Source: Moniliella sp. 'wahieum'
Taxonomy: Eukaryota
Reading direction: 5' to 3'
Length of the DNA: 64,000 bases
Assembly: GCA_003971905.1 (NCBI GenBank)
Contig: RSEE01000059.1
Span: 124,001-188,000 of the forward strand
A model generated the notes under the pieces. It did not search any database. It was given only the letters and a program-made list of their open reading frames with translations, and was not told the DNA's origin. Made by a program: the position numbers and the translations under genes. Positions 34,975-49,113 of this stretch are shown piece after piece. Position 1 is the first letter of the stretch. Every line of letters starts with the position of its first letter.

Positions 34975-37900
34975 AAGGAAAGGGGATTGGAGAGATGGTT
35001 GGTGGTCGGGAAAGGAAACCAGAGATGAAGAGAGAGTGCGTGGCAGTTGGGTGGCAAAGAACGCAGACTATATATAGAGAGAGCGCAAATAGTGCACACT
35101 GCTATCCCCCGTACCAACCAAGTCCCAAAGCGCCACAGCCAGCTGTCAAGTATTTTCGTTGTACGCGTCACGCATCTCTCCGTGGTGGTGTGGTGGAGTC
35201 ATAACGACTATTAGTCGTCCTGGATTTTGTGAGATACTATCTCCGCAAGACAGAATAATACATCAGGAACAGCTTAACAAAAGAATGTATATTAGTACCC
35301 TGTGCATTCGGAGATTCGTGTATGTACCCTCCTGCATGTGACATTGTTACCCCACACATCTTGCTGTGCGTCGGCTGTATCTATACCTCAACACTCTTTC
35401 CGTTCCAAAACATGCACATGGCCCATTCTCGGAGGTACGAGACCAGGCGGTTGCAGTGCATCAAAGAGAAGCCGATGACCGATTTGTCCGTGGGTATACA
35501 TAGGCAGTGGAATAAGACTACGATAGGGTTACTACAGATGCTGCTATACCCAGCTGCTACCCTGCGGGGATGCTCCGTGTGCTTTAGAGAGGTGTAAGGC
35601 CTAAGGGGATCCGTGTGTGGCATACCGTTACTGACTTTCTGAGTGTGTTACGGGTTTTATTAATAGATGCGTGCCCTTTCACATCACTATAACCGTCACC
35701 CTCAACACTCATTGAGTACTGAGTTCAACGACGTGATTGCGTTTTCCGATGAGGCCCCGGTGCAGGCCAGTGAGGAGTGAGGAGTGAGGGGTGAGATCTG
35801 AGAGGCGAGAGGCAGTGGCGCCTGAGGGCGCTGAGGGGTGTTGGTGTGAACACGGAGAATCATTCCCGCAGAAGCCATGATGCATCATTACTCGATTACC
35901 TTGCCATGACTCATATGTCGACTCATCGAACTCATCGATACAACGCGAACACCATCAGTGATCACATGCCACAGAACGCGAAAGTACAACGACCGCGTAC
36001 GGCGAGGAATAGCACTGTACTTTAATTAATTACCGTGTTGGACGCGTCTGCAGAAAGGGGTATCGCGCGAAGGATCCTTAGTAGTAGTTATTTTGATTCG
36101 ACTCAGTACTCAGTATACTCGAAAGTAGAGTTCTTTGGCTTTCTGTAGCTTCTAACGACGACGACACAGGTAAAACAAAGTACAGCGCTTGAGTCATCCA
36201 GTCATACCAGTGTCACGCCTTGTCATATAATACGGTAGTTGTTGGTTATCTCCGGACGCCGAGCCCCGCATGTCGTAGACATCTCAGCCGAAGACGCGTC
36301 AGTACTGAGTCCGATTAGACTAGCAGGAGAGAGCCAGTCGACACCTTATCCTTGGTGCGGATATCATCCGCAGCCCGCCATGGTCGCATGGACTCTCATC
36401 GGTGCGGTGGTTTGTGTCCATCGCACTCTTCAGCCTTGGCAGAACCCTTTCCGCTGCCCCCGACCGCGCAGCGTCAGCGCCTTTGAGAGCCTGGGCTGCG
36501 TAGTGGGTTTTACCTCTCTGGAAAGTTCCTTATATTCTGTTTATACCTGTCATGAGGCCCTTGACGTTGAGGTCTGGTTCCTTTTCTGTATATTATAAGC
36601 AGCCCTGTCTAAGGCTTCTAGCTGTGGTCCTTGTCGACCGTTGCCACATCTGCCCCTGTTCCAACCTTCCCATTCTTCTCTCGCCCTTCCACCCCCTACC
36701 ACCCTTGATACGAATTTCCGACTCACGCCGGTTCCACTGCAATCCGCGGTTACTCTCAGTATAGCGCTTGCTCTTCGTTAGGACTCCGTCTGATTCCACC
36801 TATTACAGAGCGCGTCAAGTGTTCATGTGGTAATACCCCAGATAACCCACGTCAGTACCTCATAGTTCCTGGACTGTTTCAACTGGTCTGAAGACTTACA
36901 AATATACGCTACTCCTACCTCGGAGGGTCTGAGCTGAGGCCGTTGCATGCAGGCAGCCACCCGAACTAGAGTAGGGTCTCTCCCTCGCCTATCGGTTCGA
37001 CCAGGTTCTGAGGCCGGACATGTCGCACGTGGCTCCGATTGGCCGTCGAAGGGTTTGTACCCCTAAACTACAGGGGTGAATCCCACCTCGGGACTCCCCC
37101 CATGACATGCATGACAGAGCTTGCTGTCCAGCTCACAGAATTTTTTTGCCCTTCTTGCCTTTGCTCTCTCCCTCCGCCATTCCGAGAATGGAGTAGTACC
37201 TTTTGGGATTCACACTGTCCTCGTCCTTGCTGCGGCCATTGACGATTCGGACACGCACTTAGGTCTCTTTCATCACCTGAAGCTGTGTTAGCCATCTTCA
37301 CCCCATACAGGACATTTTCCTTTTGCGCAGCTCTCTAAATGATGTTGCTCTATTAGCGCACACGTGCCCTCATCCTGGCTTTGTCCACTCACGAAGCAGA
37401 GGTGCGACGTTTTGTCCAGGCCGACTAGAACACAGTGGAGAGTCCTGATCTCCTTTCCTTCCCGAGTGGCGTCCTCTGCCACGGCAACTTCCGTGACCTC
37501 GGGTTCGGCATCATTGTGGTTTTACCCTCCTCTTCCCGTCCCCATCGTGTCCCATACTAAAATGCTCATCGAGTGTGTATATAACCACCAATCCGCCAAC
37601 CACAGGACACTCACCCTTTACCTCGATGAAACCACACGTGTGCCTCTGCCCCCTCCGGCTGGCCCTAGGGACGAGCGCCACCTTCGGCCCAGCGGCCATA
37701 CCGCACAGGGCTGTGTGGGACACGCCATACTTTTATTCCCAGCGTTCGACGCTACCGGGGCCGACTTCGCCTGCGAACCAATGAGCCACAACTTGCTCTC
37801 CGGCCCCCGACTTGACGGGCCGCTTCAGAAACGCTCCGGGCGTGCAGAGGATGTGGTGCCCTCCGCCTCCTCGGCATCGCGAGGTACGTCCTTTGGTTCA

Positions 37901-38127
37901 CACTCTCGCTTGTGGCCCCGCGGAGAGGAAGTTTGCTCGCTTGTTGGAGTTGGGGGGGTTGTGAACCAAATGCATTGTTCGCTCATCATCCAGAGGAGTG
38001 CCCCCAAGGGATGGAATGATGGGGGAACAAGGAGATTTGGAGTGAGGCTGGGGCCCTCTGAGCCTACAAAAAGTCTGCATTGATTTTGAGCTCACCCCAC
38101 GGCTTTTAATCAAGGAAGCCAAAAAAC

Positions 38128-38227
38128 TGTCGTGTCCCGGGATCGAACCGGGACCTTGAGGAATCGTAAACGATCTGCTATTGAAGCTGACTTCAATCTC
38201 ACGCTCTCCCATCTGAGCTAACCCGAC
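38128..38227 (-). tRNA. tRNA-Phe(GAA) with an intron
   Basis: GTCGGGT-TAGCTCAGATGGGAGAGC-GTGAGA-TTGAAG, ~27-nt intron, then CCTCA-AGGTCCCGGTTCGATCCCGGG-ACACGAC-A, followed by an oligo-T Pol III terminator. Confidence 0.88.
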
Positions 38228-41211
38228 TTCAGTGAGCAATCGCGCGTTTTACAGAAGATGACACGCCGGATGGATTAAAGGAGCCTTCGCTTGATCATTG
38301 CTTGAGAATGATTGGCAAAGAATACATTTGAAGTGGGTTCTAACTGTTAAAACGTGGACAAAGGCCTACGGAGAGAAGAAGAGAGAGGGAGGAGGTGATG
38401 GATCTATTCCAAGAGAGGAGCCCGTTAGGGGCAGAACATAGGGGAGAGTCGGATAGAACAGCGCGATGCGTGGTGCGTGATCACAGCTGCATGCATGATG
38501 GCGCTGACACTAACGTGTCAGGAAACGGGAGATGGAGGAAAAGAGAGCAGGTGATTGGGCTGAAAGCCGGAGAGCTGAGTGGGATCAAACCTAAAACGTG
38601 TGATGGAGATGGAGGAAAGGATGGATTGGATACATTTATGGACGGACTGGAGGTATATGTACCTCAGAAGGAAGAGGGGGCACCGTCGAGAGGTGGACAC
38701 AGAATTTCCCAACTGATAGGAATCACGACATAGTGTCCCCATACGGGCCTAGTGGTCCAAGGGCCCCCTAGCAGGGCGTATTAACAGTATGGGTTGTTGC
38801 TACTAGTGTGGAGCACATTCTTATGACATTGAATCCGTGGGCCATGGGGGGGCTCACCGTGGTGGTCCCCGAGGTGGGACCCTGCCCCTGTGTGTGGTTT
38901 AGCGGTAAAATTCAAACGTCCTTGGACGGCCAATCGGTGCCACACGCACGGTATATGTCCGACTTCAGATCATCTTCGCAGTCGAACCGAGAGCGAGTGA
39001 AGAGACAGGGAGAAACGCTCTGGTTTGAGTTGCTGTGCCTGCGTGCATAGGACTCACCTTATATATAGACCCCCTCCAAGGACTGAGCAGGGTGTGTATA
39101 GGACGTCAAGCCCCTCCCCTCCTCTGTTGAATGTGTCCATGCAGATACTCCAGCATAAAGCTTTTGCTTCCTGACCGTTACCGCACTGGCGGCCGTATCA
39201 GGCGGAGAAACAGACAGAATCCTGAGGCCTGACTGAAGAACAAAAAAGCGCTACCTGTGAGAGGTACTAATAACTTTTTAACACACCGCACTCGGTACTC
39301 AATCTGAGTACTCAGTGTACTCACCCCATATCCCGCCCGTTCCTGTGTTGTATAGTAAAACATGTACGCAAATCCCTCAGATCTCTTCCCGATTGCCCGC
39401 ATGGCCATATGAAGCCGGCGGAATGAGCTTTCTCTCTTTTTCTACCACTCTTATATTTTCACTGGAGGACCACACATCTCACCGAAGAATCCATATGGTC
39501 TTTCGTCTCTCATTGATCTCTTTCTAGTTACTGAAGTTGGGTTCCAGCATGAGCTGAACACTGCTGGGCCCAGTTCGGTATAATGCATCTCTTTCTTCCT
39601 CAAGATGACATGGACCTTGAGGCCTTGAAGCTTGAAGCTTGAGGGGTTACCGGTTACCGGTTAATGCATACAATCACAGGCTCTCAGGTGTTCAATACAG
39701 CCAATGCGCCCACCGGGCGACAATTGAAATGTGAAACCATACCGAAGCTTGAGCTTCAAGCTTGATGCATGATGCGCCTTTTAATGAAATTTGCTTGGTG
39801 GGTGATGCATGCGATGCATTCCCAGCACAAGCAACTGTGTTCTTGCGGCAGGAGAACACCTTGCGGCTTGCTGCGGCGGGAACCGGCATGTCTCTGGACG
39901 AAGAATCAATGACGTCAGATCAAGATTGGGAGGTAGCACACGGCCTGTGTACAGCATGGAGGGAATGATCGCCGGATACCAAGCCACGGCACACGCAGCA
40001 TAGCGCTTGCCATCCCACGGCGCAGCAGAGGCAGCAGCTGTGCAGTCTACTGGGCAGCCGCCACCGGCACCAGCTGTGCCAGCCCATGCCGCTTTGCTCG
40101 GCAGGGCTTGAAAGGGCTGCGCGTCACTGTCATTGTCACCGCATCACAGCGCCATGGGTGGCGCGTCTGCTGCGCTGCTCGTCGCGGCACGTGTCAGGCA
40201 TGACGCATGTGACGCACCTCGTTGCTGCCTCTTGTTGCCTGCCCCTCTGCGCGCTTTGTATGTTCTCAGATCTCAACGCCTCCAGTGGAGTAGTGCTCGT
40301 GATCAGCGCGATTGATCAGCAGCTACTGGCTCAGCTGCTGCTGCTGCTGACCCAGTGCTGAACGCGCTGAACGCGCTGAGCGCTGAACTGACCGATGATC
40401 GATGATCCTGATCGGCAATTGAAACTCGCTCGCCGCTTTGAAGTAAAGATGAAAGCACCACCACAGCGGCCGTCAGCACGGACAAGGCCATGGGTGAAAC
40501 AGGCACGAAGGCAATTGTCAAGGACAATATCCGGTGTCGACCAGTGGCCAATCGCGCTTTCGCAACCGTGGCAGCGTTTTCTCAGAATCTGGCTGTGGGT
40601 GTGGTGACGGTGAGGCTGGGGACATCGGTGACGGAAAAAGCAGAGCGAACAGTCGGACATGGAAGCGAGAAGTGCGGCATGTGGGCGCGTCAGGCGTCAC
40701 GCGTCAGGGGCGTCAGGAAGCGCATTTCCCATGTACGCAACGCCATTCTATTCTTCAGATACTCCGCACGACGAGGGACGATGGTCGATGGCAGAGGGCG
40801 GATGGTCGAGGGAGGGAGCAATGTTTTTGGCATCCGCTGCCGCGTGTCTGTGGACGACAGGGTGTCTGTCTGGCACAGACACCCCCGCAGTGCTGGCTGA
40901 AATGATGCATCAGCGATCATGGCGTCGGACGGCTGGGCGCGGGCTGGCGACGCGCGTGGCGCGGCATGGGGCGTGGGACGAGTGTCCACACGCCGGCTGC
41001 TGCTGCTGCTGCTGCTGTGCCTATCTGCCGAGGGCTTGCTGCTGGCCTGCTCTGGCTGCAGCTATGGGCGCCCATGCCCATCCACCCATCCATTCATCCG
41101 TTCATCCTCATCCCCACCCCATTCCCATCCCACCCTTCAGCTGGCCCTGAGCACCACCACCACCACCACACCATCCCCAACCCCATCCCCAACCCCTCCT
41201 CATCCTCCTTA

Positions 41212-41274
41212 CCATCCCCCTCTCCATCCCCCTCTCCGTCCCCCTCTCCATCCCCCTCTCCATCCCCCTCTCCA
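41212..41274 (+). repeat. 12-bp pyrimidine-rich tandem repeat (CCATCCCCCTCT) x~5 upstream of the PAK kinase ATG
   Basis: Direct repeats visible in the sequence. Confidence 0.85.
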
Positions 41275-41311
41275 CCGCCCCTGCTCCCCACCCTCCTTCT
41301 CCTGCGCCAAG

Positions 41312-44300
41312 ATGGACTTTGTGCCCCCCTCCGCCCCACCCCCGCCGCCTGGCGCGACGGGGCTGCCAATCGCCCAGGCGTTTGGCACGACGCTCGACGC
41401 GCCTATGCCGCTCCCATCAGCGCTGCCCTTGGGCCTCTCCTTCCCACCACCACCACCCGTGACCAGCAGCCATTCCTCCCAACCACGCGAACCCACCGCA
41501 CCCGGCTATGTTCCCACCCACAACTGGCGCGCCTCCATTGCCAGCATGAGTGGGGGTCCACCTAACCACACAGGTCGATCCACCCTCCAATCCGCCGCTG
41601 TGGCCACCTCTGCGCTCGATCCGTACGAGACGCTCACTGGTCCCGCAAACTCCCGTCATCCTAGCCCAGCGCCACCATCCGAATTTGCTTCGGTCTCTCC
41701 AATGATGTCTCGCATGCCCTCGGCCCCTTCGATCCAGCCCGCATACGGTGACGAGCCATTTGTCCCCCTGACCAACAAGTCGTCCCGCTTCCCACCCCCA
41801 TACCGCTCCCAGCGTCCTCCCCTCCTCCTTCGAGCGGACAGAGAGGACAGGGCCGTAACCTCAAAAGTGTCATTGGGGGCATGTTTGGCGGTAGTAAGTG
41901 AATAGCTTGTCTTTTCATGACTACATGCTGACCCACTCTCTTCTCTTCGCTTCCCCAGACGTCTTTGGATCCTCATCCGGCCGGCCCCTCGAAATCTCAG
42001 AGCCCTACGCTCCGGTGCACCTTGTCCATGTCGGCTTCAACAACGACACGGGCCAGTTTACGGGCATGCCTCAAGAGTGGCAAAACACTCCTCCAAGCTT
42101 CCGGCATTCTCAGCGCGAGCAGGCCGAACATCCTGAAACCATGCGTGCCATTGTGGCCCTGTACCAAGCCCAGCAGCAGGACACGGCATCAGGCGAGGAT
42201 GTATGGAACAAGTTTGGCCAAGCCCACCCTACGCAAACCTTTACCGCCCGTCTCAGTCTCAGCACTGGCCACCTCAACCGTCGGCACACCCCAGCTCAAG
42301 CTCGATAGCCCAAGGATCTGAGTTATCCAGGCTGTTTCTTACTAGTTTGACTACTCCTCGTGCCTCCCGCGCCGCGCCCCCGCCACCGCTTCCGGTACCT
42401 TCTGCTCCAATGTCCTACAAGCCCGTTGCGAGTGTCCCAAGTCGTAGCCTACTCAGTCTGGACAACATCCTCCCCTCCCCAGCCCACGAGTGCTCCGCCG
42501 CTCACCCGATCATTGCCACAACGAAGTTGGACGTCCGATCCCATCTCGCAACCTCATTTGCACCCCAACCTCCACCCACTTGATACGAGCCACTCCCCCT
42601 CGCAAACGCCATCCTCCCAGGTTTCGCGAGGCGTCACTCCCTCTGCCTCCCCTACCCCCCAAGCCGTGCCTACCTCGTCCAACTCCGACTTGATACCTCA
42701 CGATCTCACACTTCTGTCCCCGATCTGGCACGAGAATCTCGGCCTACTCGTGAGCCACAGCTATAGCCAAGGCTGTTTCAGCCGGATCGTCCTCAGCCTC
42801 CTTGGCGGCGGCGGCAGCAGCGGCGACGGCTATCTCTTCTGCTTCTTCTTCTGCCTCGGCGTCCATTCTCTCTCAGTCCCACCAGTCCGGAGGTGCACAA
42901 CCTCCATTCCCTCCCGCCGGTTGGCAGCTCCAAGAGCCTCTCTCCTCCCGTGTAGCCAGTCCTCCTTCCGGGGCCTTGGTGCGCAAAGCCAGTCCCGCAC
43001 CGCAGAGTACCGCCATCTCTCTTGGTGGCTCAGGCTCGGACTTGGCACGTTCACAGTCACAGTCCCCGTCCAACTTCCCCACTCGTTCAACAACGACAGG
43101 AGCAGCAGCACCTCAATCCAGCCCTACGCCTCATGCTGCCGACAACCGCTCTTCTTCCCATTCCCGGCCCCGCCAAGCCTCTGTATCACGCAGCGCAAGT
43201 CGGACCCGCACCAAGTCCGTCAGCACAGAGACCACCCGTGCGGCGCGGCCTGCGCCCACCTCCCGCCTCGGCAGCGCATACAGCGACGGTGAAACCGGTC
43301 GAGCTGGGGCGCACATGGCAGCCAACTTTCCTCGTCATCTGTCCGGGCCCGATCCAAATCCTCTGCGTCGGAGAAGGCATCAGTAGCGGCGCGTGCAACG
43401 GCGGCAGGGACCAACGCAGCACCTGCGCCACCGTTGCCTGCTGCGATCCCGCGGCGGCCGAGGAAAGAGCCAGCGGGGACACTTTCCCACGATCAGGTTG
43501 TGGCCCAGTTGCGTAGCATCTGCTCGCCCGGCGACCCGCATAAACTGTACCGTTCCTTCACCAAGGTAGGGCAAGGTGCGTCGGGCGGCGTGTACACAGC
43601 CTATGCGATGGGTACCAATGCTAGCGTCGCCATCAAGCAGATGAATTTGGCCGCCCAACCGAAGCAGAACTGATCATCAATGAGATTCTCGTCATGCGTG
43701 AAAGCCGGCACGCCAACATTGTCAACTTTATTGACTCGTTCCTCGTCACCAACTCAAAGGGCGCGGCGGGCAAACCCGACAATCTCGATCTCTGGGTCGT
43801 GATGGAGTACATGGATGGCGGGTCCTTGACCGATGTGGTGACATACTCTGTCCTGTCCGAGGGCCAGATCGCGGCGGTGGCCAAGGAAGTGCTCAAGGGT
43901 TTGATCCACCTGCACCAACAAGGGGTGATCCACCGCGACATCAAGTCGGACAATGTCTTGCTTTCGCGCCGGACGGGCGAGATCAAGTTGACCGACTTTG
44001 GCTTTTGTGCGCAGTTGGGCGCAGGCGCGCGTGGCCCTGCAGCGAAGCGAACCATGATGGTAGGCACGCCTTACTGGATGGCGCCCGAGGTGGTAACGCG
44101 TAAAGCGTATGGGGCCAAGGTGGACGTGTGGTCGTTGGGCATTCTGACAATCGAGATGGTCGATGGCGAGCCCCGTATCTGCATGAAAACCCACTGCGGG
44201 CGCTGTACCTGATTGCTACTCATGGCACCCCGCAACTGACCCGCCACCCGCCACCCCGAACGGCTGTCACTTAGCCTGCGCAACTTCCTCTCCACAGCGT

Positions 44301-44434
44301 TGCAAGTTGAGCCGGAACAGCGGCCGAATGCCCAAGCCATGCTGTCCCATCCGTTCATCAAGCGCGCTGACCCACTCCGCACTCTCGCTCCGGCCATCAA
44401 GTTGGCACGAGAGCAAGCAAAAAAGGCACGCTAG
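41312..44434 (+). CDS. STE20: PAK/Ste20-family Ser/Thr kinase
   Basis: CRIB domain [26 protein letters not shown]; kinase motifs [29 protein letters not shown] and [13 protein letters not shown]. No PH domain seen, so Ste20-like rather than Cla4-like. Confidence 0.92.
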
Positions 44435-44799
44435 CTACCTGGTCGCTGCTTCTTTGTTGTTGGTTAATGATTTCTACGTTTTCCCCCACGTTTTTCCTCT
44501 TCTTTCGCACTACCTCTCCCCCCTCCCCCCCCCCTTGCCGAGAGTCCGTTTCGCTTAGACTTGTATAACGTGCTCTATAGTCCTGCTCCGGAGCTTGTCT
44601 GTTGCTTGTCTGCTCCTCCTCCTCCAATGCTTCCGGTACGTAGATAAACCAAATAGCCATTGGCGTTTTTGTTTTTTTGGGTCCCCTTGTGGCGCATGTC
44701 AGAAGGAGCCTTAGATTGGAATATGCTGAGAGGCGAGAAAGAGAAAAAATGAATGCACATGCACCATCATGCATCATGGCACACGGGACGAGATCGCGC

Positions 44800-46506
44800 T
44801 TAGAAGCCCATGCCTCCCATGCCTCCCATGCCGCCCATGGAGGGCATACCACCCGCACCGCCCTTCTCCTGCGGTGCCTCCACAATGCAGCACTCGGACG
44901 TGGTCAGGAGCGAGGCGACACCGGCCGCGTCCTGAAGCGAGGTACGGATGACCTTGAGCGGGTCCAAAATCCCAGCTGCACTCAGGTCCTTGAACTCGGC
45001 CGTAGCAGCATCGTAGCCGTAGCTGAAGTCGTCCAGGTGCGACTCGAGCAGGCGGCCGACCACCACAGCCCTCTTCCCGGCATTTGCCACAATCTGCCGC
45101 GTAGGCTGGGTGAGCGCCGCCTTGATAATCGACACACCCAATTGCTGGTCAAAGTTGGCCGTCTTGACCGCCCCCAGCGCTTGGGTGGCCTTGAGCAGCG
45201 CCGTACCCCCACCAGGCACTACACCCTCCTCGACAGCGGCACGCGTCGCGTTCAGCGCATCGTCGTACCGGTCCTTCTTCTCTCCTACCTCGACCTCGGA
45301 GGAGCCACCAACCTTGATCACCGCCACACCACCCGACAGCTTGGCCAGGCGCTCCTGCAGCTTGGACTTGTCGTACTCCGACGTTGTCTCGTTGGCAGCG
45401 GCGCGGATCTGCTCGCAGCGGTGGGCAAGCGCGTCCTTAGAGCCAGCGCCGTTGAGGAAGATAGTGTCCTCCTTGGTGATCGTGATGGATTCCGCTGAGC
45501 CGAGCATGTCGGGCGTGGCGCTCTCCAGCTTGATCTCCAGTTCGTCCGAGAAGACGGTACCTCCGGTAAGAATTCCAGGTCACCGAGAATCGACTTGCGG
45601 TTGTCGCCAAAGCGCAAACCGACAGCTGGCCACGTAGCTTGTTGAGGATGCAGGCCGCGAGTGCTTCGCCATCCACGTCCTCGGCAATGATCAGCAAGGG
45701 GCGACGCAGTTGGGCAGCAGCCTCGAGCGAGGGAAGAATGTCTTGCAGAACCGAGATCTTCTTTTCCGAAAGGAGAATGAGGGGCTTCTCAAATTCCACC
45801 TTTTGGGTCTTGACGTCGGTGATGAAGTAGGGGGAAATGTAGCCGCGGTCAAAGCGCATGCCTTCGGTGATCTCAATTTCGTCCTCAAGGGTACGGCCCT
45901 CCTTGACAGTGATCACACCCTCCTTTCCGACCTTCTCCATGGCAGTGGCAATCAGCTTGCCCACGTGCGTGTCACCGTTGGCGGAGATGGTGGCCACTTG
46001 GGCAATCTCCTCCGAGGTAGTCACCGGCTTCTTGTGTCCTCCAGGAACTTGATCACAGCTTCCACGGCAGCTTGGGTGCCACGCCGCAGGTCCATGGGGT
46101 TGCACCCAGCCGCGACGTTCTTAACACCCTCGGCGTAAATGGCGCGCGCGAGTACAGTGGCGGCCGTCGTGCCATCGCCCGCTTCGTCGTTGGCCTTGTT
46201 CGCCACGTCCTGCACCAGGCGAGCGCCCAAGTTCTCAAACTTGTCCTTGAGCTCAATTGCCTTTGCGACCGTAACACCGTCCTTGGTAATCTTGGGACCT
46301 CCAAACGCCTGCTCGATAATCACGTTGCGTCCCTTGGGACCCATTGTGACGCTCACCGCGTCAGCGAGGAGGTTGACACCCTTGAGCATGGCCGCGCGGC
46401 CGTCGTTGCTGAAGAGCACATCCTTGTGGGCGTGGGCGGCAGCCGACGTGCTGAACGCACGCGACGCACGCAGCGGCGCCTTGGCAGCAGTACGGAGGAG
46501 CGACAT
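44800..46506 (-). CDS. HSP60: mitochondrial chaperonin Hsp60
   Basis: Mitochondrial presequence, [34 protein letters not shown] and a GGM tail. Confidence 0.98.
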
Positions 46507-46957
46507 GGGCAGGAAGGGCAGAGGCGGTGGGGGCTGCCCACAAGAGAAGGCTGGCCTGGGGTGTATTTAATCGCCGGGCCAGCCGGGCCGGATGCGGGGA
46601 GACAGGCGCCGTGCCAGGAAGATTCCACCGAAGCAGCTGGAAGAGGATTTTGTTCGGCCCGCAGCCCAGCGGCCGGACCAGGTGCTTTAAGCCGCCACCA
46701 CACTCGCCTCGTGCCCCCGGCGGTGGCGACCGAACACATAGAACCCCCGTCCAATGCAGCACGGGGGCAGTCCGCCCCCCCCCGACGTTAAAGCATCCTT
46801 GGTCATGCATCATGCATCATCGTTGCCTCTTTCGGGCCCAGGCTGGACTACCCGATCGCATATTTGTCTGACCAAGCTCCGCTCCTTTCGCCCCCTCTCC
46901 CCACCATCATCACGGCCCACCCCCTTCCGCTACTTCCCGTCTCCATCCACTCACACC
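46507..46957. promoter_or_regulatory. putative bidirectional promoter for HSP60/HSP10
   Basis: 451 bp between divergent ATGs; GAAnnTTC at 46618-46625, further GAA units at 46630 and 46640, and AT-rich TTAAATA (minus strand) near 46564-46570. Confidence 0.6.
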
Positions 46958-47360
46958 ATGGCGTCCACCATCAAGTCGGTCAAGAACATTGTCCCCCTGC
47001 TGGACCGCGTGCTGGTGCAGCGTTTCAAAGCCGAGACCAAGACGGCCTCGGGTCTCTTCTTGCCCAGCTCCGCCACCCAGTCGCCTTTGCCTGAGGCGCA
47101 CGTTGTCGCCGCTGGCCCCGGTGCGCTCACCAAGGACGGGCAGACAATCCCCATGAGCGTCAAGGCTGGTGACAAGGTTCTGCTCCCTGGCTGGGGGGGC
47201 AGTTCGATCAAGGTGGGCGATGAGGTAAGTGGGTTTCGTCTTTCTTTGCGGTTTGTCCCTCCGTTTTGGGTCTGTGTTGACCAGACCGCTTCTGCGTTTG
47301 TATGGATAGGAGTACCTCCTCATCAAGGACAGCGAAATTCTGGCCAAGCTCAACGAGTAA
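46958..47360 (+). CDS. HSP10: mitochondrial co-chaperonin Hsp10
   Basis: IVPLLDRVLVQR..ETKTASGLFLP, VKAGDKVLLP; intron 47225-47309; EYLLIKDSEILAKLNE*. Confidence 0.97.
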
Positions 47361-47714
47361 TCCAACATCAAAATGCATTGGCTCTGAAGCCCTCTCATCA
47401 TTCAACCTTGTTCGATGCTCAGTCCAGTGGCGAAGAGTAGACTGATTCACTCACACAGGGCACCCTCCTTGGAGAGTACCTGCGCTCCAGGCAGCAACCG
47501 CACCTGGTATCGTTTGCTGGGAACAGTGGCAATTGGGCTCCCGGGTATAGAGGTCCACAGAGTGGAGTTAGGAAAGTGCCTTGGAAAGTAAGGAAATTTA
47601 ATACATCAGTGGGCTATAGTCTGTCAGACGAAAACGCAGTCGAAGCAAGATGGCAATGATGCGTATTACTTGAAGTCGTCATTGGCGTATGAAAGGAGCG
47701 AGGCATAGAGAAGC

Positions 47715-49113
<1,399 letters not shown>

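Noticed and set aside
37364..38083. 239-aa ORF next to the tRNA
   Set aside because: GTG start and no recognisable domain; cannot be supported.
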